Source: an uncultured Thermoleophilia bacterium
GTDB taxonomy: Bacteria > Actinomycetota > Thermoleophilia > Gaiellales > Gaiellaceae
Assembly (NCBI GenBank): GCA_963844075.1
Contig: CAWJMP010000007.1
Coordinates: forward strand, 48,756-112,755
Length of the DNA: 64,000 nucleotides
Reading direction: 5' to 3'
Each line of letters starts with the position of its first letter. The first letter of the stretch is position 1. The notes under the pieces were generated by a model. The model did no database searches. It saw only the letters and a list, made by a program, of their open reading frames with translations, and was not told the DNA's origin. Shown here one piece after another: positions 1-11,256 of this stretch. A program made the translations under genes and the position numbers.

Positions 1-315
1 GCCCGCCCCGCGATCAGGACGTTCGCGGACGTCGCGACGCCGTTGACGAGCGACGCTGACAGTGAACACGATCACGCCGGCGATGAACAGACGCTGCCGC
101 CCGAGCAGGTCCGAGGCGCGTCCACCGAGCAGCAGGAAGCCGCCGAACATCAGCGTGTAGCCGTTGACGATCCACTGCAGGCTGGTCGGCGTGAAATGCA
201 GCCCCCGCTGGATCGACGGCAACGCGACGTTCACGATCGTCGCGTCCAGGACGACCATGAACTGGGCGATGCAGACGAGCACGAGCACAAGCCAGCGATT
301 CGGCTCCGATCTCAC
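1..315 (-). CDS. MFS transporter, DHA2 (EmrB/QacA-like) family, N-terminal part; gene runs off the window start
   Basis: Absent from the ORF track because there is no stop in the window. Manual translation from GTG 315..313 gives VRSEPNRWLVLVLVCIAQFMVVLDATIVNVALPSIQRGLHFTPTSLQWIVNGYTLMFGGFLLLGGRASDLLGRQRLFIAGVIVF, typical TM1-TM3 of DHA2 MFS. SD-like GAAGAGAGG at 322-330. The frame seems to slip near 45-55 (FTVSVA / VNGVATSANVLIAGR). Confidence 0.75.
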   Translation of the reverse strand, partial: MRSEPNRWLVLVLVCIAQFMVVLDATIVNVALPSIQRGLHFTPTSLQWIVNGYTLMFGGFLLLGGRASDLLGRQRLFIAGVIVFTVSVARQRRRDVRERPDRGAG

Positions 316-354
316 GTGGTACCTCTCTTCCCCGGCGGCGGTTTCCGGCCCACG

Positions 355-846
355 CTACCGGTCGAGCACATACACGAAGAGCAGCCCCCACTCGCTGTCG
401 ACCCGCGCGTGCAATGCAAAGCCCAGCTTCGCCATCACGTTTTGTGACGCAAGGTTCGGCTCGGTCGTGATCGAGACGACGCGCTCGAAGCCGAGCTCGC
501 CGAAGGCCCAGCCGAGCGCCGCGCGGCCGGCCTCGGTCGCGATCCCGCGGCCCCACCAGGCGGGGTCGAGCGCCCAGCCCACCTCCGGATTGGTCGGCCA
601 CATGCGGTGGTACGACGGCCCCACCCGCCCGATCAGCTCGCCGGTCGCGCGCCACACGACACCGAGTAGTCCGAACCCGTGCTCGGCCCAGTGGCGCTCC
701 CAGCGGTCGAACGCCTCGTCGCTCTGGACGCGACTCTGCACCCCGGCGAGATGGCGAGTGAACTCCGGATCGGCGTTCCAGCGTGCGACCGTCTCTCGAT
801 CGGCCTCTCGAAAGCGACGCAACACGAGGCGCTGCGTCTCGATCAC
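355..846 (-). CDS. GNAT family N-acetyltransferase (RimJ/RimL-like)
   Basis: This is the C-terminal 163 aa of ORF 355..1299. VIETQRLVLRRFREADRETVARWNADPEFTRHL...GWALDPAWWGRGIATEAGRAALGWAF matches the GNAT acetyl-CoA motif. GTG start at 846 forms a GTGA overlap with the stop of the upstream gene (843-845). Confidence 0.85.
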   Translation of the reverse strand: MIETQRLVLRRFREADRETVARWNADPEFTRHLAGVQSRVQSDEAFDRWERHWAEHGFGLLGVVWRATGELIGRVGPSYHRMWPTNPEVGWALDPAWWGRGIATEAGRAALGWAFGELGFERVVSITTEPNLASQNVMAKLGFALHARVDSEWGLLFVYVLDR

Positions 847-1781
847 ACGGTCAGCACGGTCGTCGTCAGCGTCGAGGTCGGAACGAAGCCGATCTGGGTG
901 TTGATGTGACGGATCGCTTCGTTGCGCTCCGCATTCATCGTCGAGACCGTTTCGACCTCCGGCCGCTCGGCGCGGAGGCGCCGCAGCGACTCCACCTTGA
1001 CGGCGCGCGCGAGCCCGATGCCGCGGGCCGACGCGACCACTCCGGTGTCGTCGGTGGCGGCCGCTGAGGCCCCAGGCGTTGCGCGCAGGTCGGTGAACGC
1101 CCCGATCTCGCCGTGGTCGTCGAGCGCGACGGTGACCCGTATCTCCCGGCCGCGCGCCGCCGCCGATTGCTCGTTGCGCCGCACCTCCTCGACGGTCGTC
1201 GTCCAGCCCTCGACGCCGGCCGGCGCAGGCGCGTCGTTCATCGCGTCGCGGGCGGCTGCGAACGACTCGACGAGCTCGTCCGGGGCCGGCCCGACCCACG
1301 AGCGCAGCCGCCAGCCCGCAGGGACGACGGGTGCCGGCAAGCGCGCGGTGCGCAGATCGAGCACGGCCCGAACGTCACGTTGGTCATCACGCGCTCCGAC
1401 GTGCGCCGCGAATGCTGCTCCGGCTTCATCCCAGTGGTGTCCGAAGAACGACCTGACGCCCTGGTCCCGCGCGGCGCCACGGACTGTCTCGAGCAGCACA
1501 GAGCCTATGCCGCCTCGCCGCTTGTCAGGGTGGACGAGGATCTCGGCGTAGACGAAGGCGGGCGCGTGAACGAACAGGGCGGCCGAGCCCGCCGCCTCGC
1601 CCCCGCCTTCGGCGAGCCAGCGTCGCCGCACTTCACCGGCCGGCCAGTGGCGGTAGAAGGCGAGCGACAGCTCAGGGCTGCGAATGGGCTCACCCGGTGG
1701 GGCGCAGGCCACTTCGAGCGCGTGCAGTGCGAGCAGCTCCTCGTCGGACGCGCTCGCTGCGTCGAGCTCGCGAACCTGCAC
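843..1781 (-). CDS. Two-domain GNAT family acetyltransferase
   Basis: ORF 843..1898, trimmed to GTG 1781 with AGGAG about 10 nt upstream, just after the mreB stop. Two GNAT-like halves are present (HPDKRRGGIGSVLLE... and ...ASARGIGLARAVKVESL). Confidence 0.75.
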   Translation of the reverse strand: MQVRELDAASASDEELLALHALEVACAPPGEPIRSPELSLAFYRHWPAGEVRRRWLAEGGGEAAGSAALFVHAPAFVYAEILVHPDKRRGGIGSVLLETVRGAARDQGVRSFFGHHWDEAGAAFAAHVGARDDQRDVRAVLDLRTARLPAPVVPAGWRLRSWVGPAPDELVESFAAARDAMNDAPAPAGVEGWTTTVEEVRRNEQSAAARGREIRVTVALDDHGEIGAFTDLRATPGASAAATDDTGVVASARGIGLARAVKVESLRRLRAERPEVETVSTMNAERNEAIRHINTQIGFVPTSTLTTTVLTV

Positions 1782-1794
1782 GACGGTCTGGCTC

Positions 1795-2871
<1,077 letters not shown>

Positions 2872-3727
2872 CTAGCTTGCGAGCACTTCGGCCAACCAGT
2901 GCTCCGCCTCTCGCACCAGGATGGGGTTCGTCTCGAGCGTGTAATAGCCGAGCGCGATCAGAGCCTGGGAGACCACCCAGCCCTGCGCGCGAAGCCAGGT
3001 GGCGTCGTCCACTGCGAGGGCTGCACGAAAGCGTTCGCGCTCGGTCACGCGCGACGAGCTTCCACGCGACCATCACATCGACGGCGGGGTCGCCGACCCC
3101 GATGCCACCCCAATCGATCACGGCCGCGAGTCGCCCCTCACGAAGGAGAACGTTGCGGGCATCGAGGTCACAGTGGAGCCACACGGGTCGGCCGCCCCAC
3201 TCAGGAGCCCGCATCGCCTCCTCCCAGAGCTCGTCCGCTCCGGGGGCATCGACGCGTTGCAGCGCATCGCGCACGAACCGGTCTCGCCATGCGAGCGGCC
3301 GGCCGCGACCGCCGCTCGGCTCCGGGCCGTCCGTCGCGTCGATCTCCTGCAGCGCCGAGACGACCGCCGCGAGCTCGTCAGCATCGACCGGCCCGACGGG
3401 TGCGTCACCTTCGACCCAGGTATGGATCGACCAGAACCATGGGTAGTGCGCCGCGGGGCGTCCGCGGGCGAGCGGGAGTGGTATCTCCACGGGCAAGTGC
3501 GGTGCCAGCACAGGCAGCCAACGCAGTTCGACGTCGTCCTCGACGATCGGCCCGTCCCGCCTCGGAAGACGCACGGACATGGAGTCGCCAAGGCGAAAGA
3601 TCGCGTTGACCGTGCCGTCGCCCGCGCGTACGAGTGGGAGCGCCGCCCAGTCCGGGAACTGCTCCTGCAAGAGCGCCCGGACGAGCGACTCGTCGAGCTC
3701 GAGCTCGTCCGCGTGGATCTTCGGCAT
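2872..3727 (-). CDS. Aminoglycoside/choline-kinase-type phosphotransferase (APH family); frame interrupted near 3043-3055
   Basis: MPKIHADELELDESLVRALL...WLHCDLDARNVLL...VIDWGGIGVGDPAVDVMVAWKLV is in the frame of ORF 2294..3970. The conserved C-terminus VTERERFRAALAVDDATWLRAQGWVVSQALIALGYYTLETNPILVREAEHWLAEVLAS is in the next frame and ends at TAG 2872-2874. ATG 3727 overlaps the maf stop by 1 nt. Confidence 0.8.
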
Positions 3728-4296
3728 CAGCCGAAGCCGTAGGTGCCCGGGAAGCGGGCCGCGAGGAGCCGCACGAGCAACGCACCCGGCAGGCCGACGA
3801 CATTCAGGAAGTCGCCCTCGACCCGCTCGACGAGGCTCGCGCCGAGGCCCTGGATCGCGTAGCCGCCCGCTCGGCCCGCCCATTCGCCCGCCGCGATGTA
3901 GTGGGCGAGCTCGCGCGGCGTCAACCGGCGGAACGTGACGAGCGTCGTCTCCTCGTGCAGCTCCTCCCACGCGGCCGTGCGCAGGCAGAGGCCGGCGACG
4001 ACCGCATGGGAACGACCCGCGAGGCCTTCGAGCATCGCCTCGGCCTCGGTCTCGTTGGCCGGCTTGCCGAGCAGCTCGCCCTCGAAGACGACCTCGGTGT
4101 CGACGCCGAGGATCGGGCGCTCGTCCAGTGCGACCGAGCGGGCCTTCCCGGCCGCGCGCTCGAGCGGGCTCGTGCCGGGCAGCTCCTCGTAGTCGGGCGC
4201 CACGACGTCGAAGGGGATCCGCAGCTGCGCGAGGATCGCCCGCCGCTGCGGCGAGGTGGACGCGAGCAGAAGCGGCGTCGCGGGTGGCGAGCTCAC
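3727..4296 (-). CDS. maf: Maf-like nucleoside triphosphate pyrophosphatase (septum formation protein)
   Basis: This is the C-terminal 189 aa of ORF 3727..4854: LLLASTSPQRRAILAQLRIPFDVV...AGGYAIQGLGASLVERVEGDFLNVVGLP. GTG 4296 forms a GTGA overlap with the upstream stop. Confidence 0.9.
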   Translation of the reverse strand: MSSPPATPLLLASTSPQRRAILAQLRIPFDVVAPDYEELPGTSPLERAAGKARSVALDERPILGVDTEVVFEGELLGKPANETEAEAMLEGLAGRSHAVVAGLCLRTAAWEELHEETTLVTFRRLTPRELAHYIAAGEWAGRAGGYAIQGLGASLVERVEGDFLNVVGLPGALLVRLLAARFPGTYGFG

Positions 4297-5066
4297 GATG
4301 CGAGAGGCTTGCGCGCCACCCAGATCTCCTCGCACGGCCATTTGCGCGCCCACTCCGCGGTGACGTAGGCGTAGTACTCGTGCGTCACCGCGTCCTCCGG
4401 GGCCTGCACCTCGACGAGCCGCTCGACCACCAGCCCGTTTGCGCGCAGCAGGTCGATCCATTCGCCGTGCGGGATGTGGAACTCGACTCCGGGCTCGTCC
4501 GCCCATTCGAAGCGGTGCATGCCGAACTGGGCGTGCACGAGGTGCTCCTTCGCCGGGATCTCGTCGTCGGAGCAGAGGATGACGAGCGTCGAGTTGCAGA
4601 GGAAGACGAGGAGGCCGCCGGGGCGCAGCAGCCTGGCCGCCTCGGGGATCCAGCGGTAGGGGTCGACCCAGATCGAGGCGCCGTACTCGGACAGCACGAG
4701 GTCGGCGGACTCGTCGGGCAGGCCGGTGACCGCGGCGTCCGCCTCGATCAGGGGGAACTCGATCCCGGTCTCGGCCATCATTCGCCGCGCGGTCTCGAGC
4801 TGCGCCGGGGTGATGTCGACGCCGACCGGACGGGCGCCCCGCTTGGCGAGCCACGCCGAGAAGTAGGCGGTGCCGCAGCCGAGCTCGACGACGTCGAGCC
4901 CGTTCACGTCGGGCAGGACCTGCAGCCTCGACTCGTCGACCGCCCAGATGCCCCAGGAGATCTCGTCGAGCGCCCAGTTGTCACGCGCGGCGGCGTTCGT
5001 GTAGTCGCGGTTGTTCTGGGTCCAGGCGGCGGCGTTCCTCGCCGCGTCGTCAGCCCACGAGGCCAT
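4293..5066 (-). CDS. Class I SAM-dependent methyltransferase
   Basis: ORF 4293..5252, trimmed to ATG 5066 ([15 protein letters not shown]...). The [27 protein letters not shown] motif I is present. It overlaps the ndk 3' end by 17 nt. Confidence 0.85.
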   Translation of the reverse strand: MASWADDAARNAAAWTQNNRDYTNAAARDNWALDEISWGIWAVDESRLQVLPDVNGLDVVELGCGTAYFSAWLAKRGARPVGVDITPAQLETARRMMAETGIEFPLIEADAAVTGLPDESADLVLSEYGASIWVDPYRWIPEAARLLRPGGLLVFLCNSTLVILCSDDEIPAKEHLVHAQFGMHRFEWADEPGVEFHIPHGEWIDLLRANGLVVERLVEVQAPEDAVTHEYYAYVTAEWARKWPCEEIWVARKPLAS

Positions 5067-5469
5067 CGGGGAACCAGATGCCGATCTCACGCTCGGCCGA
5101 CTCGGGGGAGTCGGAACCGTGCACCAGGTTGTTCGGCATCGCGAGCGCGAAAGAGCCGCGGAGACTGCCGGGGTCGGCGTCGGCGGGATTCGTCGCGCCG
5201 ATCGTCTTGCGGCAGGTTGCGATCGCGCCTTCGCCCTCGAGCACGAAGGCAAGCGTCGGGCCCGAGGTGATGAAGTCGACGAGCTCGCCGAAGAACGGCT
5301 TCTCGCGATGCTCGGCGTAGTGGGTCTCGCCCGTCTCGCGGCTCGCGACGACGAAGCGGGCTGCGCGGAGCTTCAGCCCGCGCCGCTCGAACCGCGCCAG
5401 GATCTCGCCGGCGAGGTTCCGCTCGACAGCGTCGGGCTTGGCGAGGATGAGAGTCCGTTCAACGGCCAT
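5050..5469 (-). CDS. ndk: Nucleoside diphosphate kinase
   Basis: The last 139 aa of ORF 5050..5949: [34 protein letters not shown]...[20 protein letters not shown], with the active-site NxxHGSD. Confidence 0.95.
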   Translation of the reverse strand: MAVERTLILAKPDAVERNLAGEILARFERRGLKLRAARFVVASRETGETHYAEHREKPFFGELVDFITSGPTLAFVLEGEGAIATCRKTIGATNPADADPGSLRGSFALAMPNNLVHGSDSPESAEREIGIWFPDGLVG

Positions 5470-5489
5470 GCGGCCGGGGAGGTTACCGT

Positions 5490-5999
5490 TTACCGGCTCT
5501 TGCGCGACGAGCGCTTCGCCTCGACCAGGGGCGCCGCGGCGTCGTGGTCGATCGGCGTCTCGCAGTAGGGGCAGACCTGCCAGGAAGCTTCGAGCGGCCG
5601 GTTGCAGGTGACGCACGCCTGGCGGAGCTTCGTCGTACAGACCGGGCAGATGAGGAAGTCCTCGTCGACATCGGCGCGGCAAACAGGGCAGTGCAACGTG
5701 CTCCCGCCGAGGCGCTTCTCCATCGCCCTGATCTCGAGCTGCCGCTCGCGCACGTCCTCCACATACTCGGGTGGGCGAAACAACATGTAGATCAGCGCCC
5801 CGATGAAGGGGATCACCCCGAGCAGGGTGGCGAGCCAGACGAGCATCGTGTCCTCGATCCGGCGCTTCGCGTCCTTGTGCACCCAGTAGACCGTCGCAAC
5901 CCAGAAGACGAACACGAAGAAGATCGCGAGATTGCGGGTCACGTACCACGTGGACGAGTGGAAGAAGTCGTGCACGCTGCCGAAGCTCGCCCCGATCAC
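5490..5999 (-). CDS. Membrane protein with PLD-nuclease-N-like TM domain and C-terminal double zinc ribbon
   Basis: ORF 5490..5999, 169 aa. Two TM helices are followed by [48 protein letters not shown] start has GGGAGG 8 nt upstream. Confidence 0.8.
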   Translation of the reverse strand: MIGASFGSVHDFFHSSTWYVTRNLAIFFVFVFWVATVYWVHKDAKRRIEDTMLVWLATLLGVIPFIGALIYMLFRPPEYVEDVRERQLEIRAMEKRLGGSTLHCPVCRADVDEDFLICPVCTTKLRQACVTCNRPLEASWQVCPYCETPIDHDAAAPLVEAKRSSRKSR

Positions 6000-6118
6000 A
6001 GCAGGATCCTCCCTAGCCCGTAACCGGCGGCAAACGCCAGCCCGACGAAGAGCGCCAGGAGAAAGAGGGCGAACAGGAGGACACTGATGCGTTCACCGGA
6101 GCGCGACATCGTATGCAT
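5996..6118 (-). CDS. Candidate 40-aa single-TM micro-protein, translationally coupled to the downstream zinc-ribbon membrane protein
   Basis: Too short for the ORF track. Translation is [40 protein letters not shown]. It fills the gap between the folC stop (6120) and the next start. Its TGA overlaps that GTG start (GTGA at 5996-5999). Third codon positions are G/C-rich. Confidence 0.4.
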   Translation of the reverse strand: MHTMSRSGERISVLLFALFLLALFVGLAFAAGYGLGRILL

Positions 6119-6119
6119 T

Positions 6120-7146
6120 TCACTCGGCGGCGGTCAGATCGGCAAGCAGGTAGAGGGAGCCCGTCACCAGGATCCGGGGGGCGATCGACCGCGCCAGGTG
6201 CAGCGCGTCGCGGGGCTCGGGTGCCGTCTCCACTCTCGGGAACCAGGTTCGCGCCCGGTCGGCGACTTCCCCTGCGGGCAGGGAGCGGTGATTCGAGGAG
6301 CGCGTGGCCACGAGCACTCGGCCTGCCCGCGCGAGCCGCTCGAGAATCCCGTCGGCGTCCTTGTCGGCGAGGATCGCCGCAACGACGACGTAGTCGCGGG
6401 GCTCGGGCAGGCGGTCGAGCAGCCACTCGACCGCCTCCGGGGTATGGGCGCCGTCCCAGACCTCCTCGCCGCGCAGCTCGAGCCGTCCGGGAAGCGGCCC
6501 CTCCGCCAGCGCGTCGACCGGGCGGCCGAGCAGGGCCTCAGCCGCTTCGCGCGCGCCGCCGATGCGCACTGCTCGCCCCTCGACGAGCGGGCGAGAACTC
6601 GACGTCGGGAAGCACCACCGTCGCGTTCGGGCCGGCGACGGCGAGCTTCTCGGCGGCGATCTCCTCGCGGGTGCCGCCGAGCACGTCGGTGTGCTCGAGC
6701 GCCACGTTCGTCAAGAGGACGACCTCCGCGTCGATCACGTTCGTCGCGTCGTGGCGGCCACCGAGGCCGGCTTCGACCGCGGCGAGCTCAACCCCACGCG
6801 CTGCGAAGTCCGCAAATGCTGCCGCGGTGACCGTTTCGAACTGCGTCGCGTTGACGGCCTGCGCGTCTGCACGCACGCGGCCGACTGCCCGCTCGAACCC
6901 GGCCGGATCCGTCTGTAGGCGCTCGTGCCAGCCCGACACGTGCGGAGAGGTATAGGCGAGGCCCCCGATCGTCGCGGCGATGCGGCGCGCGGCCGTCGAC
7001 TTGCCCTTCGTCCCGACCACGTGCACCGACCGGAACGCCCGCTGCGGGTCACCGACCCGCGCGAGCAGCTCCCGCATCCGCTCGGTGCCGAAGCCGTCCT
7101 CGGGCCACGGGCTGAGCGTCTCCAGCCAGTCAGTCGCCGATTGCAT
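6120..7146 (-). CDS. folC: Folylpolyglutamate synthase / dihydrofolate synthase; frame interrupted near 6589-6591
   Basis: The N-terminal part is in ORF 6538..7308 (HVVGTKGKSTAARRIAA...EAGLGGRHDATNV...LEHTDVLGGTREEIAAEKLAV). The C-terminal part is in ORF 6120..6569 (LPGRLELRGEEVWDGAHTPEAVEWL...ILADKD). The two join if one C of a CCC run is removed. ATG 7146 overlaps the valS 3' end. Confidence 0.85.
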
Positions 7147-9541
7147 CGAGCTCGCGGCGGTAGCGGTCGAGCTTCTCGCGCTCCGCTTCGACGACGGCGG
7201 CCGGGGCGTTGGCGACGAAGCGCTCGTTCGCAAGCTGCTGCTCCGCGCGCGCGATCTCCTTGCGGAGGCGCTCGCGCTCGGCCGCTGCATCACCGCTCGC
7301 CTTCGCACGCTCGGGCTTCACGACGGCAGCGAAGATGCGCGCCTCATCGCCCACGAGCGGCGGTACGACGCCGGAGCGCCGGAACATCTGGGCGAGCTCC
7401 TGCACGCGGTCGAGCGCAGCCGCCTCGGAGACGTCACCCGCCTCGGGCCACGGTGCGACGATCAGGCGGCTCGCGCGGTCCGGGAGGTGCGACCAGATCT
7501 CTTCGGTCACGTGCGGCATCACGGGATGGAGCAGCTTCAGCAACCGCTCGAGGGCGGCGGTCGCGGTGGCGCGCGCGTCCACGTCGCCGTCGTACAGCCG
7601 CAGCTTGACGGCCTCGAGGTACCAGTCGCAGAAGTCGTCGAAGGTCAGGTGGTAGAGCTCGTCGGTGAGGTGGGCGAAATCGAACTCGCCGACCAGGCGC
7701 TCGACGGCGGCCTGAGTTTGCGAGAGCCGCGCCAGGATCCAGCGCTCCTCGAGCGACGCCGGCCTTTCCGCGGGAGCGGCTCCCTCGCAGGCCATGATGA
7801 TCAGCCGCGCCGCGTTCCAGAGCTTGTTCGAGAGCTTGCCGCCCTCCTCGAGTGCGGAATCCGAGAAACGGACGTCCTGCGTGAGCGAGTTCTTCAGCAG
7901 CCCGTACCGCGTCGCGTCCGTGCCGTGCTGCTCGATCAGCTCGAGCGGATCGATGCCCGTCTTGAGCGACTTCGACATCCGCCGGCCGTCGCGAGCGAGG
8001 ACCGTCGTGTGGATGACCACGTCGCTGAACGGGATCTCGCCCATCAGCTCGAGGCCGGAGAAGATCATCCGGTTCTCCCAGAGACGAATGATCTCGCGTG
8101 CGGTCGTCTGCAGGTTGCCGGGATAGAAGTAGTCGAGGTCCGGCGTCTGCTCGGGCCAGCCGAGGGTCGCGAACGGCCAGAGAGCCGACGAGAACCACGT
8201 GTCGAGCACGTCGGTCTCGCGCGTCAGCTCCGTCGAGCCGCATTCCGCACACGCCTCGGGCTCGGTCTCCTCGACCGTCAGGTGACCGTCGGGGCAGTAC
8301 CAGACCGGGAGCTGATGCCCCCACCAGATCTGCCGGGAGATGTTCCAGTCGGGCGCGTTCTCGAGCGAGTCGATCGCGAAGCGGTGCTGGCTCTCAGGGT
8401 GGAAGACGATCCTTCGCTCCCGCAACGCCTGGAGCGCCGGCTGCTTGAGCTCGCCCATCGCGCACCACCACTGCAACGAGATTCTCGGCTCGATGCGCGT
8501 CTTGCAGCGCTCGCAGACCGCGACGCTGTGCCGGTAGTGCTCTCGCTGCTCGAGCTGGCCGCGCTCCTTCAGCCACTCGAGGATCCGCTCCTCGGCCTCC
8601 TTCTGCGTCAGGCCCTCCAGGCCCGCCGCCGTCACGCGGCCGTCCGGGCCGATGCAGCTCGGCTCGGGCAGGTCGTGGTCGCGGCCGATCGCGAAGTCGG
8701 TCGGGTCGTGCGCCGGGGTGATCTTCAGCGCGCCCGTGCCGAATTCGCGCTCGACGCGCTCGTCGGCGATCACCGGCACCCTGCGCTCGACCCACGGCAC
8801 GATCACCTCGCGTCCGATCAGGTGCCTGTATCGGTCGTCGTCCGGGTGCACCGCGACGGCGACGTCGGCAGGAATCGTCGCAGGACGCACCGTCGCGATC
8901 GCGATGTAGCCGTCTCCGTCGGCAAGCGGATAGCGGATCGTCGAGAGCGTGTCGTCGACATCGTGATGCTCGAGCTCGAGGTCCGACAGCGCCGTCTCAT
9001 GATGCGGGCACCAGTTGATGATCCGATTTGCGCGATAGATCCAGCCGCGGCGGTAGAGATGCACGAAGAAGCGCATCACCGCACGGATGTACTCGTCGTC
9101 CATCGTGAAGCGCGTGCGCCGGTAGTCGAGCGATGCGCCCATGCGGCGAAACTGAACGAGGATCTTCCCGCCGTACTCGTGCAACCACTCCCACACCCGC
9201 TCCTCGAACGCAGCGCGCCCGAGCTCCTCGCGCGACGTTCCCTCGCTGACGAGGACGTTCTCGACGACGTTCTGCGTCGAGATCCCCGCATGGTCGTAGC
9301 CGGGCTGGAACAGCACGTTGTAGCCCTGCATCCGCTTCAGCCGGATGACGGTGTCGCCGATCGCGAGCTGCAGCGCGTGACCGGTGTGCAGCTCGCCCGT
9401 GACGTTCGGCGGCGGATGCGCATCCACGTACGGGGTGCGCGCAGGGTCGGGGTCGGCGTTGTAGAGGCCCTCGGCCTCCCACGTTTCCTGCCAGCGCTCC
9501 TCGACGCCTTTCGGCTCGTATCTGGGCGGCATCTCGCTCAC
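7130..9541 (-). CDS. valS: Valine--tRNA ligase
   Basis: Intact ORF of 803 aa. It has the HIGH-type PPNVTGELHTGHAL, the KMSKS variant RMSKSLK and a C-terminal coiled coil. GTG start. Confidence 0.97.
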   Translation of the reverse strand: MSEMPPRYEPKGVEERWQETWEAEGLYNADPDPARTPYVDAHPPPNVTGELHTGHALQLAIGDTVIRLKRMQGYNVLFQPGYDHAGISTQNVVENVLVSEGTSREELGRAAFEERVWEWLHEYGGKILVQFRRMGASLDYRRTRFTMDDEYIRAVMRFFVHLYRRGWIYRANRIINWCPHHETALSDLELEHHDVDDTLSTIRYPLADGDGYIAIATVRPATIPADVAVAVHPDDDRYRHLIGREVIVPWVERRVPVIADERVEREFGTGALKITPAHDPTDFAIGRDHDLPEPSCIGPDGRVTAAGLEGLTQKEAEERILEWLKERGQLEQREHYRHSVAVCERCKTRIEPRISLQWWCAMGELKQPALQALRERRIVFHPESQHRFAIDSLENAPDWNISRQIWWGHQLPVWYCPDGHLTVEETEPEACAECGSTELTRETDVLDTWFSSALWPFATLGWPEQTPDLDYFYPGNLQTTAREIIRLWENRMIFSGLELMGEIPFSDVVIHTTVLARDGRRMSKSLKTGIDPLELIEQHGTDATRYGLLKNSLTQDVRFSDSALEEGGKLSNKLWNAARLIIMACEGAAPAERPASLEERWILARLSQTQAAVERLVGEFDFAHLTDELYHLTFDDFCDWYLEAVKLRLYDGDVDARATATAALERLLKLLHPVMPHVTEEIWSHLPDRASRLIVAPWPEAGDVSEAAALDRVQELAQMFRRSGVVPPLVGDEARIFAAVVKPERAKASGDAAAERERLRKEIARAEQQLANERFVANAPAAVVEAEREKLDRYRRELDAIGD

Positions 9542-9654
9542 GGGCGGCTCATGCTACGCGTGCGGCGGACCGGGTCAGGCGGCGACTACGCGCTCGGCCT
9601 ATCTCGCGGCCGCGTAGCCCTGCATGCCACGCGGGTTCGCTGCGGCGACGAGCT

Positions 9655-9674
9655 GGTCGCCCTCCCGGGCGACC
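9655..9674 (-). terminator. GC-rich hairpin downstream of the ggt-like gene (possible operon terminator, no U-tract)
   Basis: GGTCGCCC-GGGA-GGGCGACC (minus-strand sense), an 8-bp stem about 25 nt after the stop at 9699. No T-run follows. Confidence 0.35.
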
Positions 9675-9698
9675 GCGCTCACCCGCCCGAGCGACCAC

Positions 9699-11256
9699 TC
9701 AGCCGGCCACGGTGACGTCATGGCCGCGACGGCGAAGGTCGGCGATCGCCTCCTCACCGAGCCGCGACTCGACGGCCAGCGAGCGCGGCGCGAAGCCGCG
9801 GGGGTAGAACGAGGAGATCAGGTGATCCGTGTGCCACTCGGGGGCATCGATCGCCTCCTGCAGCCCGAGACCTCGGTCGACGTGCCGGACGAGGACGTGC
9901 AGCGCCCACTGCTCCTGCTGGTCGCCGCCCGGTGTGCCGTAGGCGAGCCACGGCTCGCCGTCGCGCAGGACGAGCCCGGGCGAGAGGGTCGTGCGCGGGC
10001 GCGTGCGCGGTGCAAGTGACGACGGGAGCCCCTCCTCCAGCCAGAACATCTGAGCGCGCGTTCCGAGCGGCCAGCCGAGGGCCGGGATCGTCGGGGAGCT
10101 CTGGAGCCAGCCGCCGCTCGGCGTCGCCGACAACAGGTTCCCGAAGCGGTCGGCCACGTCCAGATGCACCGTGTCTCCGCGCGTCGGCTCACCCGCACCG
10201 AGTACCTGTTCGGAGGCGACGAGCCTCGGCAGCCGCCCCACCCCAGGTCGCAGCTCTGCGCTCGCCTCGTCGCCGATCAGCGCACGCCGCTCGTCGGCGT
10301 ACTCCCTCGAGAGCAGGTGATGTAGCTGTACATCTACATCACCGTAGTTCGCGTCCCTGTCCGCAAAAGCCAGCTTCGCGGCCTCGGTGAGCGACGTGAA
10401 CGAGCTCGGCTTCGCCGAGCGCCGCAACGTCGAAGCCCTCGAGCAGCCGGAGCTGCTGCAGGCCGGCAGGGCCCTGTCCCCACGCTCCGGTCTTGCACAC
10501 GGTCAGGCCGCGGTAGTCGACAGTCGCGGGCGCCTCGAGAGTGGCGCGCCAGTCGGCGAGATCGCTCCCTGCAAGCAGGCCGTCGTGCGCGCGTGAGAAG
10601 CGATCGATCTCGTCGGCGACGAAGCCCTCGTAAAAGACGCCCCGCGCGCTCTCGACCGTCCCGTCGGACTCGTCGAGCACCCGACGCCACGTCGCGGCGA
10701 GCTGCGGGTTCCTGAACGTCGAGCCCGGCTGGGGCACGGGCAGATACAGGTCCGCCGATCCCGCCCAATCGCGCAGCAGCGGCTCCGCATGCTCGACGGC
10801 CGCAGTGATCCCGGGCACGACGGGGTAGCCGTGCTCGGCATAGCCGATCGCGTACGCGAGCACGTCCTCGAGCGGCCAGGTGCCGAATCGCTCGAGCAGG
10901 AGCAGCCAGCCGCCGAACGCTCCGGGCACACATGCGGCCTCGAGCCCGACGCCCGGGATCAGGTCATGCCCTCGCGCACGGAAGGCCTCGATCGTCGCGG
11001 TTGCGGGCGAGACCCCCTGGGCGCAAAGCACGAGCGGCTTGCCTGACTCGACCGGCCAGAACACCGCCGGCAGGTCGCCGCCGGGCCCGTTCAGGTGCGG
11101 CTCGACGACCTGCAGGACAAACCCCGCGGCGCACGCCGCATCGAACGCATTCCCACCGCGCTCGAGCACCGCCATCCCGGTTTGCGTCGCGAGCCAGTGG
11201 GTCGAGGCGACCGCACCGAACGTCCCGCGCAGGTCGGGTCGCGTCGTGAAGCTCAG
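9699..11256 (-). CDS. Gamma-glutamyltranspeptidase family protein (no signal peptide); frame interrupted at 10393-10396; CTG start
   Basis: ORF 10339..11175 carries the N-terminal part and ORF 9699..10427 the C-terminal part (TVHLDVADRFGNLLSATPSGGW, GTPGGDQQ). The conserved N-terminus [27 protein letters not shown] lies upstream of the first ATG. The only start-like codons in that open stretch are CTG. Confidence 0.85.

Noticed and set aside
6980-9715. A 911-aa plus-strand ORF. Similar long ORFs occur at 16172..17725, 18313..20109 (5' part), 18275..19924, 48500..49723, 51209..52693, 54748..56610, 59491..61089, 60864..62480 (5' part) and 63140..63994.
   Set aside because: These lie antisense to, or out of frame with, clearly homologous genes (valS, clpX, tig, the GCS2 ligase, the anti-sigma gene, the S8 protease, nnr and LysR). 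They are Arg/Ala/Pro/Gly-rich with no recognisable motifs. This is the usual stop-codon-poor shadow-ORF effect in high-GC DNA.
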